A stretch of DNA of 64,000 nucleotides from an uncultured Armatimonadetes bacterium. Its GTDB lineage: Bacteria; Armatimonadota; UBA5829; DTJY01. Position numbers and translations under genes: made by a program. The notes below the pieces were generated by a model. It saw only the letters and a program-made list of their open reading frames with translations. It had not been told where the DNA came from and searched no databases. Of this stretch, positions 41,821-51,119 are shown one piece after another. Each line of letters begins with the position of its first letter. Positions within the stretch are counted from its first letter, which is position 1. The stretch is taken from contig OY970325.1 of assembly GCA_963717145.1 (NCBI GenBank), positions 1,024,001 to 1,088,000 on the forward strand. Reading direction: 5' to 3'.

Positions 41821-42093
41821 ATGCGTCCGGGCGCGGGCGTTGACCGACCGGGGCAACGAGCGGGGTCTCCGGCGAAGGACTCCGGACGTCCGGCGAAGCT
41901 CCGCCTCCGGGCGGCGCGCCTTCCGGGACGTCCGGAGAGGTCTCCGGCCCGTATGGCGAGGTTCGCGGGACGTCCGGGGAGGTCTCCGGCCCGTATGGCG
42001 AGGTTCGCGGGACGTCCGGGGGAGTTCGCCGGGTCTCCGGGGAAGTGTGCCGCCTGTATGGCGACCTTCCGCTTCCGGGCGGGGAAGTTCGGC
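41821..42093. repeat. 13 x 21-bp periodic array containing two near-identical 42-bp dimers
   Basis: Units such as GGACGTCCGGAGAGGTCTCCG and GCCCGTATGGCGAGGTTCGCG; YGG at positions 8-10 in every unit; no indels. Confidence 0.85.
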
Positions 42094-42154
42094 GGAAGGC
42101 GGGTGGGGCGGGATCCACGCTCGGAGAGGGGCGAACGGCGGCCCTTGCCACGTC

Positions 42155-43996
42155 CTACATGGGTTTGGCCCACCACTGCGGGTCCACATCCGCGAAGAGG
42201 CAGTCGCGCTCTTCGAGGACCTTGTAGGCGTCCCAGTCCTTCTGGTCGATGGGGACGCCGGACGCCTTCTTGCGGATGAGTGAGGCCAGCTTCTGGAAGC
42301 TCTTGTAGTGATCGGTGAGCCGCGACTCGCCGTAGTCCTTCGACGCCCTGGTCGAGATGCTGAACTGCCAGTCGGAGGATTGGAGGAGGAGCAGCTCCCT
42401 CGCCGCCTGCTTGAGGATCGGGAGCACCTCGGGGTTGTCGCCGAACTTCGCCACGAGATCCTGCATCTCCAACTCGGCATCGTAGACGCACGGCCACGTC
42501 CACTCGGTCTCCTGATTGAGCCACATGTAGTGGAAGCCGCCCTCGCCCCACGATCCCTCAGGGAGCGCTATGCTCGCGGTCGGGGGATTCGCCTCCAGGT
42601 ACTCCGAGCAGGTCACGAGTTGCACGTCGGGCGAGTCGGCCATCCCCTTGAGGACGTGGTAGAGCCAGCGAGTCCCCTCGAACCACCAGTGGCCGAACAA
42701 CTCCGAGTCGTATGGCGCGCAGATGACTCCCGGAGTGCCCTTCACCTCCGCGTAGGCGTCCAGGATATCGCCAGAGAGTTGTACAAAGTGTTCCGCGTGG
42801 GCGCGGATTCTCTCGTCGGCCTTCTCGGGATCGTAGCACTCCTTGTCGCCGAGATCGGCATTCGGACCGGTCACCCGCCAGTACTTCAAGCCGCCCGGTG
42901 TGTGCTTCTTGTGGAATTCGAGATACCATTCGTCGCCGGGGTAGCCGGTCGCGCGGCTCCAGACCTGCTGCCCGGTAGCGTCGTCGCGGAAGAAGACGGC
43001 GATGGGGGGACTCGAGGCGTCCGCATCAGATCCCACGGCTGTAGGGGCGCGCCTTGTGCCGCCCGGCGGGTCACCCACGGCGTCCTCGGGCGGCACAAGG
43101 CGCGCCCCTACAGCCGTGGGCGGCGCTGCCGAAGCATCCGCGTGCGCGGATTCCACGAGGTACGCAGCGTAGGGAGTCTTGCCCGCTGGGAAATCGGTCG
43201 TGACCGCATATTCCTTCCACGTGTCCTCCAGCGCGCCGAAGCGGTCGATATAGACGCCCCTCGTCTCGCCGCCGTGGAGGAGATGCGATTCGGCGAGAAA
43301 GAACTTCAAGCCGCTCTCCGCGAGGAACTCCTCGACCCCCCGGCGATCACACGGATCGATGGTGCGCCCCTTCGGCTGAACGGGCGGCGACCACCGGTAT
43401 CCCGGGCGGTATGCGCACTCGGGCAGCCAGTATCCCTGAGGCGCGCGGCCGAAATGCTTCCGGTAGGTGGCGACCCCCTGCCGAACCTGCGCCTGAATGC
43501 TCGCGTCCTGGGAGAGGAGCGGGGAGTAGCCGTGCGTCGCAGAACTCGTGATGATCTCGATGTGCCCGGCATCCTGGAGCGCGGCAAATGCGCCGATGAG
43601 CGACTTCTGGTAGCGCTTCTTGAAGCGGTCCATGATGCCCGAGTACAACTCATGCCAGAAGTCCGCCTGCCGGGCGCAGGACTCGTTGTTCAGTCGGGCG
43701 AAGGTCCGCTTGTCGTTCGCGGCGGCCTTGATCTGCTCGCGGAGGTAGGCCTGGAACTCGTACTTGAAGCTGGTATCGGCGAGCTGCTCCGCGAGTACGG
43801 GGGTGATGCCGATCGTGATCCTCGGGGAGTATCCCTCCTCGACTAGGTCGTACAGCGCATCGAGGAGCGGGACGTAGGACGACGCGGCAACCTCGTGCAG
43901 CCAACTCGTGCCGTGGGGCCACCGTCCGTGCGAGAGCACGTATGGTATATGCGAGTGCAGCACAAATGCGAATGATCCGGGCATGGCAGCGGGCAA
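42155..43996 (-). CDS. GH57 1,4-alpha-glucan branching enzyme (DUF1957)
   Basis: VLHSHIPYV, ATHGYSPL, YWLPECAY, YDSELFGHWWFEG, RELLLLQSSDW; TTG start after AAGGAG (alternative ATG 43984). Confidence 0.92.
   Translation of the reverse strand: MPAAMPGSFAFVLHSHIPYVLSHGRWPHGTSWLHEVAASSYVPLLDALYDLVEEGYSPRITIGITPVLAEQLADTSFKYEFQAYLREQIKAAANDKRTFARLNNESCARQADFWHELYSGIMDRFKKRYQKSLIGAFAALQDAGHIEIITSSATHGYSPLLSQDASIQAQVRQGVATYRKHFGRAPQGYWLPECAYRPGYRWSPPVQPKGRTIDPCDRRGVEEFLAESGLKFFLAESHLLHGGETRGVYIDRFGALEDTWKEYAVTTDFPAGKTPYAAYLVESAHADASAAPPTAVGARLVPPEDAVGDPPGGTRRAPTAVGSDADASSPPIAVFFRDDATGQQVWSRATGYPGDEWYLEFHKKHTPGGLKYWRVTGPNADLGDKECYDPEKADERIRAHAEHFVQLSGDILDAYAEVKGTPGVICAPYDSELFGHWWFEGTRWLYHVLKGMADSPDVQLVTCSEYLEANPPTASIALPEGSWGEGGFHYMWLNQETEWTWPCVYDAELEMQDLVAKFGDNPEVLPILKQAARELLLLQSSDWQFSISTRASKDYGESRLTDHYKSFQKLASLIRKKASGVPIDQKDWDAYKVLEERDCLFADVDPQWWAKPM
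43032..43120. repeat. REPIN (GTAGGGGCGYGCCTTGTGCCGCCCG) inside the GH57 coding sequence
   Basis: Perfect 34-bp IR with a 21-nt spacer; same family at 44068-44174. Confidence 0.9.
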
Positions 43997-44067
43997 GGTG
44001 GGACGCTCCTTTCGACTATTCGAGGATAACATATGCACCCCGACCTGTCAACGCGGAGACGGCAGAG

Positions 44068-44174
44068 GTCTGTAGGGGCGTGCCTTGTGCCGCCCGGTGC
44101 GGGGTTCGCGGGCGGCACAAGGCACGCCCCTACAGACGGCTTGTCGTTCCGGGCGGCACGAGGCACGCCCCTAC
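44068..44174. repeat. REPIN plus an extra REP unit, same family as 43032-43120
   Basis: GTCTGTAGGGGCGTGCCTTGTGCCGCCCG ... CGGGCGGCACAAGGCACGCCCCTACAGAC, then a third copy. Confidence 0.85.
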
Positions 44175-44231
44175 CCGGGCGCTGCTTGCCCGGACTCACC
44201 GCCTGCTGGTACAATGAGCGGGGTTACGGTT

Positions 44232-45098
44232 ATGGAACAAGAGACGAAGAGCCCGGGACGGGCGGACCTTCACGTTCACAGTACCGCATCGGACGGCATG
44301 CTTACACCGGAGCAGGTCGTCCGTGAGGCGGCGAAGATCGGCCTGTACGCGGTCGGGATCGCAGACCACGACACGATCGAGGGGATCGAGCCGGCATTGG
44401 CGGCCGGGGAGGATGCGGGCGTCGTCGTCGTGCCGGGGATCGAGATCAACACGGACGTCGAGAAGGACGAGGTACACGTCCTCGGCTACTATGTGGACCA
44501 TCGCTCGGCACCGTTCAGGAAGCAGATCGACATCCTGCGCACCGGGCGTTACGAGCGCGGGAAGCGGATGGTCGAGCAGTTGAACGCGGTTGGGATCGCG
44601 ATCACCTTCGACCGGGTCAAGAAGATCGCCGGGGACGCCTCTATCGGGAGGCCCCACGTGGCGCGGGCGATCGTGGAGGCGGGATACGTCCGGAGCATCA
44701 ACGGCGCGTTCGGCAAGTTCCTCGTCCGGGGCGCGCCGGGATACGTCGCGCGGTACAAGCTCACGCCCGTCGAGGCGGTCGGACTCATCCTCAGGGCGGG
44801 CGGTGTGCCGGTGCTCGCACATCCCGGCCACGGGAAGATGTCGGAGTCGATGATCCCCGAGTTGGTACGTGCCGGGCTTCGCGGCATCGAGGTCTATCAC
44901 ACCGATCACACGGCGGCTCAGAGCAAATGGTTTCGCCGGATCGCCGAGAAGACCGGGATGATAATCACCGGCGGGTCGGATTCGCACGGGCCGGGGATGA
45001 TGAAGAACACCGTGATCGGAAACGTGACGATCGACGGGGCCGTGGTGGAGCAGCTCCGCGCGGCGTCGGACGAGATTCGAGCCTCCGGATCCTCGTGA
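44232..45098 (+). CDS. PHP-domain phosphoesterase (TrpH/YciV-like)
   Basis: DLHVHSTASDG, ADHDT, GIEIN, GRPHVA, LAHP, TGGSDSHG. Confidence 0.9.
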   Translation: MEQETKSPGRADLHVHSTASDGMLTPEQVVREAAKIGLYAVGIADHDTIEGIEPALAAGEDAGVVVVPGIEINTDVEKDEVHVLGYYVDHRSAPFRKQIDILRTGRYERGKRMVEQLNAVGIAITFDRVKKIAGDASIGRPHVARAIVEAGYVRSINGAFGKFLVRGAPGYVARYKLTPVEAVGLILRAGGVPVLAHPGHGKMSESMIPELVRAGLRGIEVYHTDHTAAQSKWFRRIAEKTGMIITGGSDSHGPGMMKNTVIGNVTIDGAVVEQLRAASDEIRASGSS

Positions 45099-45193
45099 TT
45101 CCATTCCACATTCTGCATTCCCACTTCCGCATTCAGCGCGTTTGCTTCTGAGAGCCTTCATGAGGTATAATGATTGGACTGGAAGGCGGCCAA

Positions 45194-46573
45194 ATGCTTA
45201 GGACAGACAAACCCGAGATCCACATTCCCCAATCCGAATTGACGTTCTCCGTCCTCACCTGGGGCTGCCAGATGAACGAGGACGACTCGCGCCAGATCGC
45301 CAATCTCATCGAGCATATGGGCTATCGGCCTGCCGAGAGCGCCTCGGACGCCGACATCATCATGCTGAACACGTGCTCGGTGCGCGAGAAGCCCGAGCAG
45401 AAGGTCCGAAGCAAACTCGGCGAGCTGCGCCTTCTGAAGCTCGAGAAGCCGAACCTGATCATCGGGGTGTGCGGTTGCATGGCGCAGAGGGACGGCCTGG
45501 CGCTCCGGAAGTCGATGCCGTTCATAGACATCGTCGTGGGCACAGCGAGTATCCCCGAGCTTCCGATGCTTATCGAGCAGGTGCTCCAGACCCGCAAGTT
45601 CACTTCCGCACTCAAGCTGCCGAACCGCAACGGCAGGCTCGGGCCGACTTCGGTGACTCGAGTGGTCGGCAAGGTCGGGCGCAAGATGTTCGTGCCCGTC
45701 ATGTACGGGTGCGACAACTTCTGCGCGTACTGCGTCGTGCCTCAGGTCCGAGGCCCGGAACGGAGTCGGCCTTCCGCCGAGATCATCGCCGAGATCGAGC
45801 AGTTGGTGGCGAAGGGCTGCAAGGAAGTCACCCTCGTCGGCCAGAATGTCAACAGCTATCGTGGGGAGAGTGGGGGAGACGGAGTCGCCCCCTCGGACTT
45901 CGCTGAGCTTCTCGACAGGATCGACGATATCGCCGGGCTGGAGAGGATCCGGTTCACCACGTCTCACCCGAAGGACCTGAGCGGTCGGCTGATTGCGGCC
46001 ATTGCGGAATTCCCCAAGGTGTGCGAGCATCTCCATCTTCCGCTGCAATCGGGGGATAACGACGTGCTTCGGAGAATGGGTCGCGGATACACGATCGAGC
46101 ACTACGTCGATCTGGTGGACAGGCTGCGGATTCGCGTCCCCGGTATCACCATCACCACAGACATTATGATCGGCTTCCCCGGAGAGACCGGCACACAGTT
46201 CCGGAACACGCTCGATGCGATGGAGGCGATCCGATTCGACGGTGCATTCATGTTTGCCTTCAACCCGAGGCCCGGCACCGCCGCGGCCGAGATGGACGGC
46301 CAGATCGAGAACAAGACCAAGACAAGGCGGCTCGTGGAACTGATCGCGGTCCAGAACGAGATCACTTTGGAGTCTAACCAGGAGCGCGTCGGACAGGTCT
46401 TCGAAGTCCTGGCGGAAGGACCGAGCGAGCGCGATCCGTCTCGGATGACCGGCTACACCAGGCACAACAAGACCGTGAACTTCAAGGCCGACGCCCGGGT
46501 TGCCGGGAAGCTCGTGATGGTCCGAGCGGAGAAGGCCCATCCGTGGGGGTTCTCGGGCGAGATCGTTAGCTGA
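45194..46573 (+). CDS. miaB: tRNA ms2i6A37 methylthiotransferase
   Basis: TWGCQMNEDDS, NTCSVRE, GCDNFCAYCVVP, RFTTSHP, TRAM-like tail. Confidence 0.95.
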   Translation: MLRTDKPEIHIPQSELTFSVLTWGCQMNEDDSRQIANLIEHMGYRPAESASDADIIMLNTCSVREKPEQKVRSKLGELRLLKLEKPNLIIGVCGCMAQRDGLALRKSMPFIDIVVGTASIPELPMLIEQVLQTRKFTSALKLPNRNGRLGPTSVTRVVGKVGRKMFVPVMYGCDNFCAYCVVPQVRGPERSRPSAEIIAEIEQLVAKGCKEVTLVGQNVNSYRGESGGDGVAPSDFAELLDRIDDIAGLERIRFTTSHPKDLSGRLIAAIAEFPKVCEHLHLPLQSGDNDVLRRMGRGYTIEHYVDLVDRLRIRVPGITITTDIMIGFPGETGTQFRNTLDAMEAIRFDGAFMFAFNPRPGTAAAEMDGQIENKTKTRRLVELIAVQNEITLESNQERVGQVFEVLAEGPSERDPSRMTGYTRHNKTVNFKADARVAGKLVMVRAEKAHPWGFSGEIVS

Positions 46574-46640
46574 GTATGGGAGTGTGGGAGTACGGGAGTG
46601 ATTCTTCCCCCACACCCCCACACTCCCATACTCCCACACT
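46571..46640. repeat. Inverted 8-mer periodic repeat, family E
   Basis: GAGTATGG GAGTGTGG GAGTACGG GAGT ... CCCACACT CCCATACT CCCACACT. Confidence 0.75.
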
Positions 46641-46655
46641 TCAGCTGGTGAACAG

Positions 46656-49244
46656 ATGACCGCGAAACTGACCCCCATGCTCCGGCAGTATATGGCGATC
46701 AAGCAGGAGCATCCGGACGTGATCCTCATGTGCCGCCTGGGCGACTTCTACGAGATCTTCGGCGATGACGCCAAGATCGCCGCCCAGGAGTTGGAGATCA
46801 CGCTTACCTCCCGTGACGCCGGACGCGCCGGCCGGATGCCGATGTGCGGCGTGCCCTACCACTCGGTCGATCGCTATGTCGCGCGCCTCATCAGCAAGGG
46901 ATACCGGGTCGCCATTTGCGATCAGATGGAGAACCCGAAGCTCGCGAAGGGACTCGTCAAGCGTGAGGTCACCCGCGTCGTCACACCGGGCACGATCCTC
47001 GAGGACTCGATGCTCCAGGCCGGCAGCAACAACTACCTCGTCGCTCCTTCTCGCAGACAGGAGACATTCGGTCTGGCGGTGATCGACATCTCGACCGGCG
47101 AATTCCTCGTGACCGAGATGGTTTCCGAGCAGGGGTTCCTCGATGAGATCGGTAGACTCTCGCCCGCGGAGGTACTCCTCCCCGAGGAAAGCGACGATCT
47201 CACGGCTCGGATCAGGGAGGCATGCAGCGCCCGGTTCACAGTTTTCTCACTCGACGGGTTCATGTCGTCGAGGGATATCCTCCTCAAGCATTTCGGCACA
47301 TCGTCGCTCAGGGGTTTCGACTGCGAGGACTTCACCTCGGGGATCGACTCCGCCGCATCGGTCATCAAGTACCTCGAGGCGACCCAACCCGCCGTGCTCA
47401 ATCACATTCGCTCGCTTGCAACGTACTCTACCTCAGGTTTCATGGTGCTCGATTCCGCGAGCCGGCGCAACCTCGAACTCACGCAGTCGATGTTCGACGG
47501 CTCGAAGAACAAGAGCCTGCTTCAGGTACTCGACATGACTGTGACTCCTATGGGCGGACGGCTGATGCGGAAGTGGATCGAGCAGCCGCTGCTCGACGTC
47601 GAGGGCATCAGGACGCGTCTCGATGCAGTCGAAGGCCTGCACGGCGATCTGCTGATAAGAAGCGGCCTCCGGGAGACGCTCCAACGCATCGCCGACCTGG
47701 AGCGCCTGATATCGCGGACGGTCGCCAAGACCGCCAACGCGCGCGACTTGATCGGCCTGCGGGATTCGCTTCTTGCGCTTCCAGAGGTCGGAAACGCGCT
47801 GTCGGCCTCGGAGAATACACTGCTTCAAGACCTTGCGGACGCGACCGTCGGATTGGATCCAGTGGCTGAGATCATCACCGCAGCGATCGCCGAGGAGCCG
47901 CCGGTGATCCTGCGCGACGGGGGGATGATCAAGCCGGGGTTCAGTGCCGACCTCGACACACTTCGGAAGGCCGGCAAGGACGGCAAGTCGTGGATCGCGA
48001 GCCTTGAAACCGATGAGCGGAATCGGACCGGCATCAAGTCGCTCAAGGTCGGCTACAACTCGGTCTTCGGCTACTACATCGAGGTCAGCAAGTCGAACCA
48101 GGCGCTCGTGCCGGAGGACTATATCCGCAAGCAGACGACCGTCAGCGGAGAGCGCTACATCACCCCGCAGCTCAAGGAATACGAGGCGACGGTTCTCGGC
48201 GCCGAGGAACGGGCGGTCCAACTCGAATACGACCTCTTCTGCGCGGTCCGGGATCAGGTCGCGGAAGAGGCCGAGCACGTGCTGAATGCCGGGAGAGCCA
48301 TCGCGCAGGTGGATGTCCTCTGCTCGCTTGCGGAGGTCGCGGCGGTCAATCGGTACTGCAAGCCGGAGATCGACGGCGGCGCGGAGATCGTCATCCGGAA
48401 CGGTCGGCATCCGGTCGTCGAGCGTCTCCAACAGGACGAGCTTTTTGTCCCGAACGACTGCCTGCTCGACTGTGGGGAGAATCAGCTTCTGATCATCACA
48501 GGCCCGAACATGGCCGGCAAGTCCACATATCTTCGACAGGTCGCGCTGATCGCGCTCCTGGCACAGATCGGCAGCTTCGTGCCCGCTGATTCCGCGAGGA
48601 TCGGGATCGTCGATCGGATATTCACTAGGGTAGGGGCGCACGATGAGCTTTCCTCCGGGCAGAGCACATTCATGGTGGAGATGAACGAGACGGCCAATAT
48701 TTTGAACAACGCAACCGACCGCAGCCTGATCATCCTCGACGAGATCGGACGCGGGACGAGCACCTTCGACGGCCTCTCGATCGCATGGGCGGTCGCGGAG
48801 TACATCAAGGGGATCGGCTCGAAGACGCTCTTCGCGACGCACTATCACCATCTCAACGACCTCGAGAAGACGATGCCGGGAGTCAAGAACTACCGGATCG
48901 CCGTAAAGGAAGATGACGAGCGCGTGATCTGGCTGCGGAAGATCGTTCCCGGCGGCACCGACCGAAGCTACGGCATCCAGGTCGCGAGACTCGCGGGCCT
49001 TCCGAAGGAGGTCATCGAGCGCGCCAAGGAGGTTCTCTGGACACTCGAGAGCAACGGTACCTCGAAGGGTCAACTCGGCCGCGAGACGAAGGTCCAGGCG
49101 AAGACGGAGCGGCTCCAGCTAACCCTATTCGAGGCCGAGCCGCACCCCGTGCTCGAGGAACTCCAGCGTCTCGACACGAGCGTGATGACCCCGATCGAGG
49201 CGCTCACAGCACTGTACGATCTGCAGAGGAAGCTCAAGAGCTAG
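46656..49244 (+). CDS. mutS: DNA mismatch repair protein MutS
   Basis: TPMLRQY, GDFYEIF, TGPNMAGKST, STFMVEM, DEIGRGTSTFDG, SYGIQVA. Confidence 0.97.
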   Translation: MTAKLTPMLRQYMAIKQEHPDVILMCRLGDFYEIFGDDAKIAAQELEITLTSRDAGRAGRMPMCGVPYHSVDRYVARLISKGYRVAICDQMENPKLAKGLVKREVTRVVTPGTILEDSMLQAGSNNYLVAPSRRQETFGLAVIDISTGEFLVTEMVSEQGFLDEIGRLSPAEVLLPEESDDLTARIREACSARFTVFSLDGFMSSRDILLKHFGTSSLRGFDCEDFTSGIDSAASVIKYLEATQPAVLNHIRSLATYSTSGFMVLDSASRRNLELTQSMFDGSKNKSLLQVLDMTVTPMGGRLMRKWIEQPLLDVEGIRTRLDAVEGLHGDLLIRSGLRETLQRIADLERLISRTVAKTANARDLIGLRDSLLALPEVGNALSASENTLLQDLADATVGLDPVAEIITAAIAEEPPVILRDGGMIKPGFSADLDTLRKAGKDGKSWIASLETDERNRTGIKSLKVGYNSVFGYYIEVSKSNQALVPEDYIRKQTTVSGERYITPQLKEYEATVLGAEERAVQLEYDLFCAVRDQVAEEAEHVLNAGRAIAQVDVLCSLAEVAAVNRYCKPEIDGGAEIVIRNGRHPVVERLQQDELFVPNDCLLDCGENQLLIITGPNMAGKSTYLRQVALIALLAQIGSFVPADSARIGIVDRIFTRVGAHDELSSGQSTFMVEMNETANILNNATDRSLIILDEIGRGTSTFDGLSIAWAVAEYIKGIGSKTLFATHYHHLNDLEKTMPGVKNYRIAVKEDDERVIWLRKIVPGGTDRSYGIQVARLAGLPKEVIERAKEVLWTLESNGTSKGQLGRETKVQAKTERLQLTLFEAEPHPVLEELQRLDTSVMTPIEALTALYDLQRKLKS

Positions 49245-49293
49245 CCGGAGGTCCGACCAGTCCGATGAGTCAGACCTGTCGGACAGAGACAAT

Positions 49294-51105
49294 ATGAACG
49301 AACAACGTCCTGACCGAATCATAACAGTCTTGGACGACGTCACCGCGAACAAGATCGCGGCCGGCGAGGTCATCGAACGCCCGGCGTCTGTCGTGAAGGA
49401 GCTTGTCGAGAACGCGCTCGACGCACGGGCCAACGAGATCCGCATCGAACTCCAGGACGGCGGTAAGCGGCTGATCCGGGTGACCGACAACGGGATCGGC
49501 ATGTCGCGCGAGGACGCCATCCTCTGCCTGAGGAGGCACGCGACCTCGAAGCTCCATTCCGCCGACGACCTCTTCAACATCAGAACGCTCGGCTTCCGGG
49601 GCGAGGCGCTCCCGAGCATCGCATCGGTCTCGCGGACGGAGATCGTCACCCGCCGCGAGGGCGACGACTGCGGCACCCAGGTGATCGTTCAGGGCGGTGA
49701 GGTCATCGAGGTCAGTGACGCCGGTTCGCCGGTGGGCACATCGGTTACCGTACACGAATTGTTCTACAACTTGCCCGCGCGCCAGAAGTTTCTCAAGACC
49801 GCTCAGACCGAGTTGAGCCACACCAGCGAACTCGTCGGGCGGTTCGCCGTCTCGCACAATGAGGCCGACATCACGCTGATCCACAACGGCAAGACGATCT
49901 TCCGGGCGGCCGGCTCGACTCATCCCGTCGATGCAATCCTGAGCGTCTTCGGTCGCGACGCGGCGGAGGCGGTCGTGCCGATATTCGGCGAGGCAGGCGC
50001 GTACACGATCACTGGGCTCGTCTCGAAGCCGTCGTACTCGAAGGCAAACCGGTCGGCGCAGCTTTTTTTCGTCAACAGGCGGTGTGTGCGGAATCGCAAC
50101 CTGATCCATGCGCTCGATGAGGCGTACAGGGGCATCCTCCCTCAGGGCCGATTCCCGCTGCTCATGGCATTCGTCGAGGTAGATCCCGAACTGGTCGATG
50201 TCAACGTCCATCCGACCAAGATGGAGGTCAAGTTCACCAAGGAGTGGGAGGTCCACAACCTCCTCGCGATCAGCATCAGGGACGCGCTCTCGTCGAGCAC
50301 CATAGCGCCCGATGGAATGGACATCATCCCGGTGGCGGCAACCTCGGTCCAGAGGCCGACGTTCACGCCATCGTATACACCTCCTCCTCGGCTACCGGTT
50401 TCCTCGAGCCTTGATCTCGACTCGTTCCGTCAGGCGCTCCAGAACAGGATCGATCATCCTGTCGCAGTCGATGCGCCGGCGCCGATGCCGGTCGAAGAGC
50501 AGGACTTGGTCCCAGCAAACCCGAATGACTTCCTGTTGGGGGCCGTCGTCATCGGGCAGGCGAGAAACATGTACATTGTCGCGCAAGGCCCCGCGGGAGT
50601 GCTTCTGATCGACCAGCACGTCGCCCATGAGCGGATCATCCACGATCAGCTCTCGGGCATGACCGGCCGCATGAGCATGCAGCGACTGATGATGCCTTTG
50701 ACGATGATGTTCAGTCACCGGGAGGCGCTCGTCCTGGAGAACAAGCTCGACGAGTTGAGGTCGCTCGGCTTCGAAATCGAGCCGTTCGGGCGGGACACCT
50801 TCGTCGTTCGGACGATTCCGGCTCTGATCGCCGAGAAGAATTACGAGCAGATTCTGCGAGATACGGTCGAGGAACTCGCGGAGTTGACGGTTTCGAGGCG
50901 CTTGATCGTGCAACGCGATGCGATCATCACGACAACCGCGTGCAAGATGGCGGTCAAGGCCGGCGACCGACTTGCGCCGGAGGAGATGATACGGCTCGTC
51001 GAGGATCTCCGGCGCACGAGCAATCCGTACCTATGCCCTCACGGCAGGCCGATAGTCATATGTTTCACCAATCGTGATCTGGACAAGCTATTCGGGAGGA
51101 TGTAA
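49294..51105 (+). CDS. mutL: DNA mismatch repair endonuclease MutL
   Basis: IAAGEVIERP, GFRGEALPSI, DVNVHP, DQHVAHER, ACK, CPHGRP. Confidence 0.97.
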   Translation: MNEQRPDRIITVLDDVTANKIAAGEVIERPASVVKELVENALDARANEIRIELQDGGKRLIRVTDNGIGMSREDAILCLRRHATSKLHSADDLFNIRTLGFRGEALPSIASVSRTEIVTRREGDDCGTQVIVQGGEVIEVSDAGSPVGTSVTVHELFYNLPARQKFLKTAQTELSHTSELVGRFAVSHNEADITLIHNGKTIFRAAGSTHPVDAILSVFGRDAAEAVVPIFGEAGAYTITGLVSKPSYSKANRSAQLFFVNRRCVRNRNLIHALDEAYRGILPQGRFPLLMAFVEVDPELVDVNVHPTKMEVKFTKEWEVHNLLAISIRDALSSSTIAPDGMDIIPVAATSVQRPTFTPSYTPPPRLPVSSSLDLDSFRQALQNRIDHPVAVDAPAPMPVEEQDLVPANPNDFLLGAVVIGQARNMYIVAQGPAGVLLIDQHVAHERIIHDQLSGMTGRMSMQRLMMPLTMMFSHREALVLENKLDELRSLGFEIEPFGRDTFVVRTIPALIAEKNYEQILRDTVEELAELTVSRRLIVQRDAIITTTACKMAVKAGDRLAPEEMIRLVEDLRRTSNPYLCPHGRPIVICFTNRDLDKLFGRM

Positions 51106-51119
51106 CACTGATAACCTAT

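Noticed and set aside
41821-42093. CRISPR array
   Set aside because: Contiguous degenerate tandem units with no unique spacers and no cas genes in the window.
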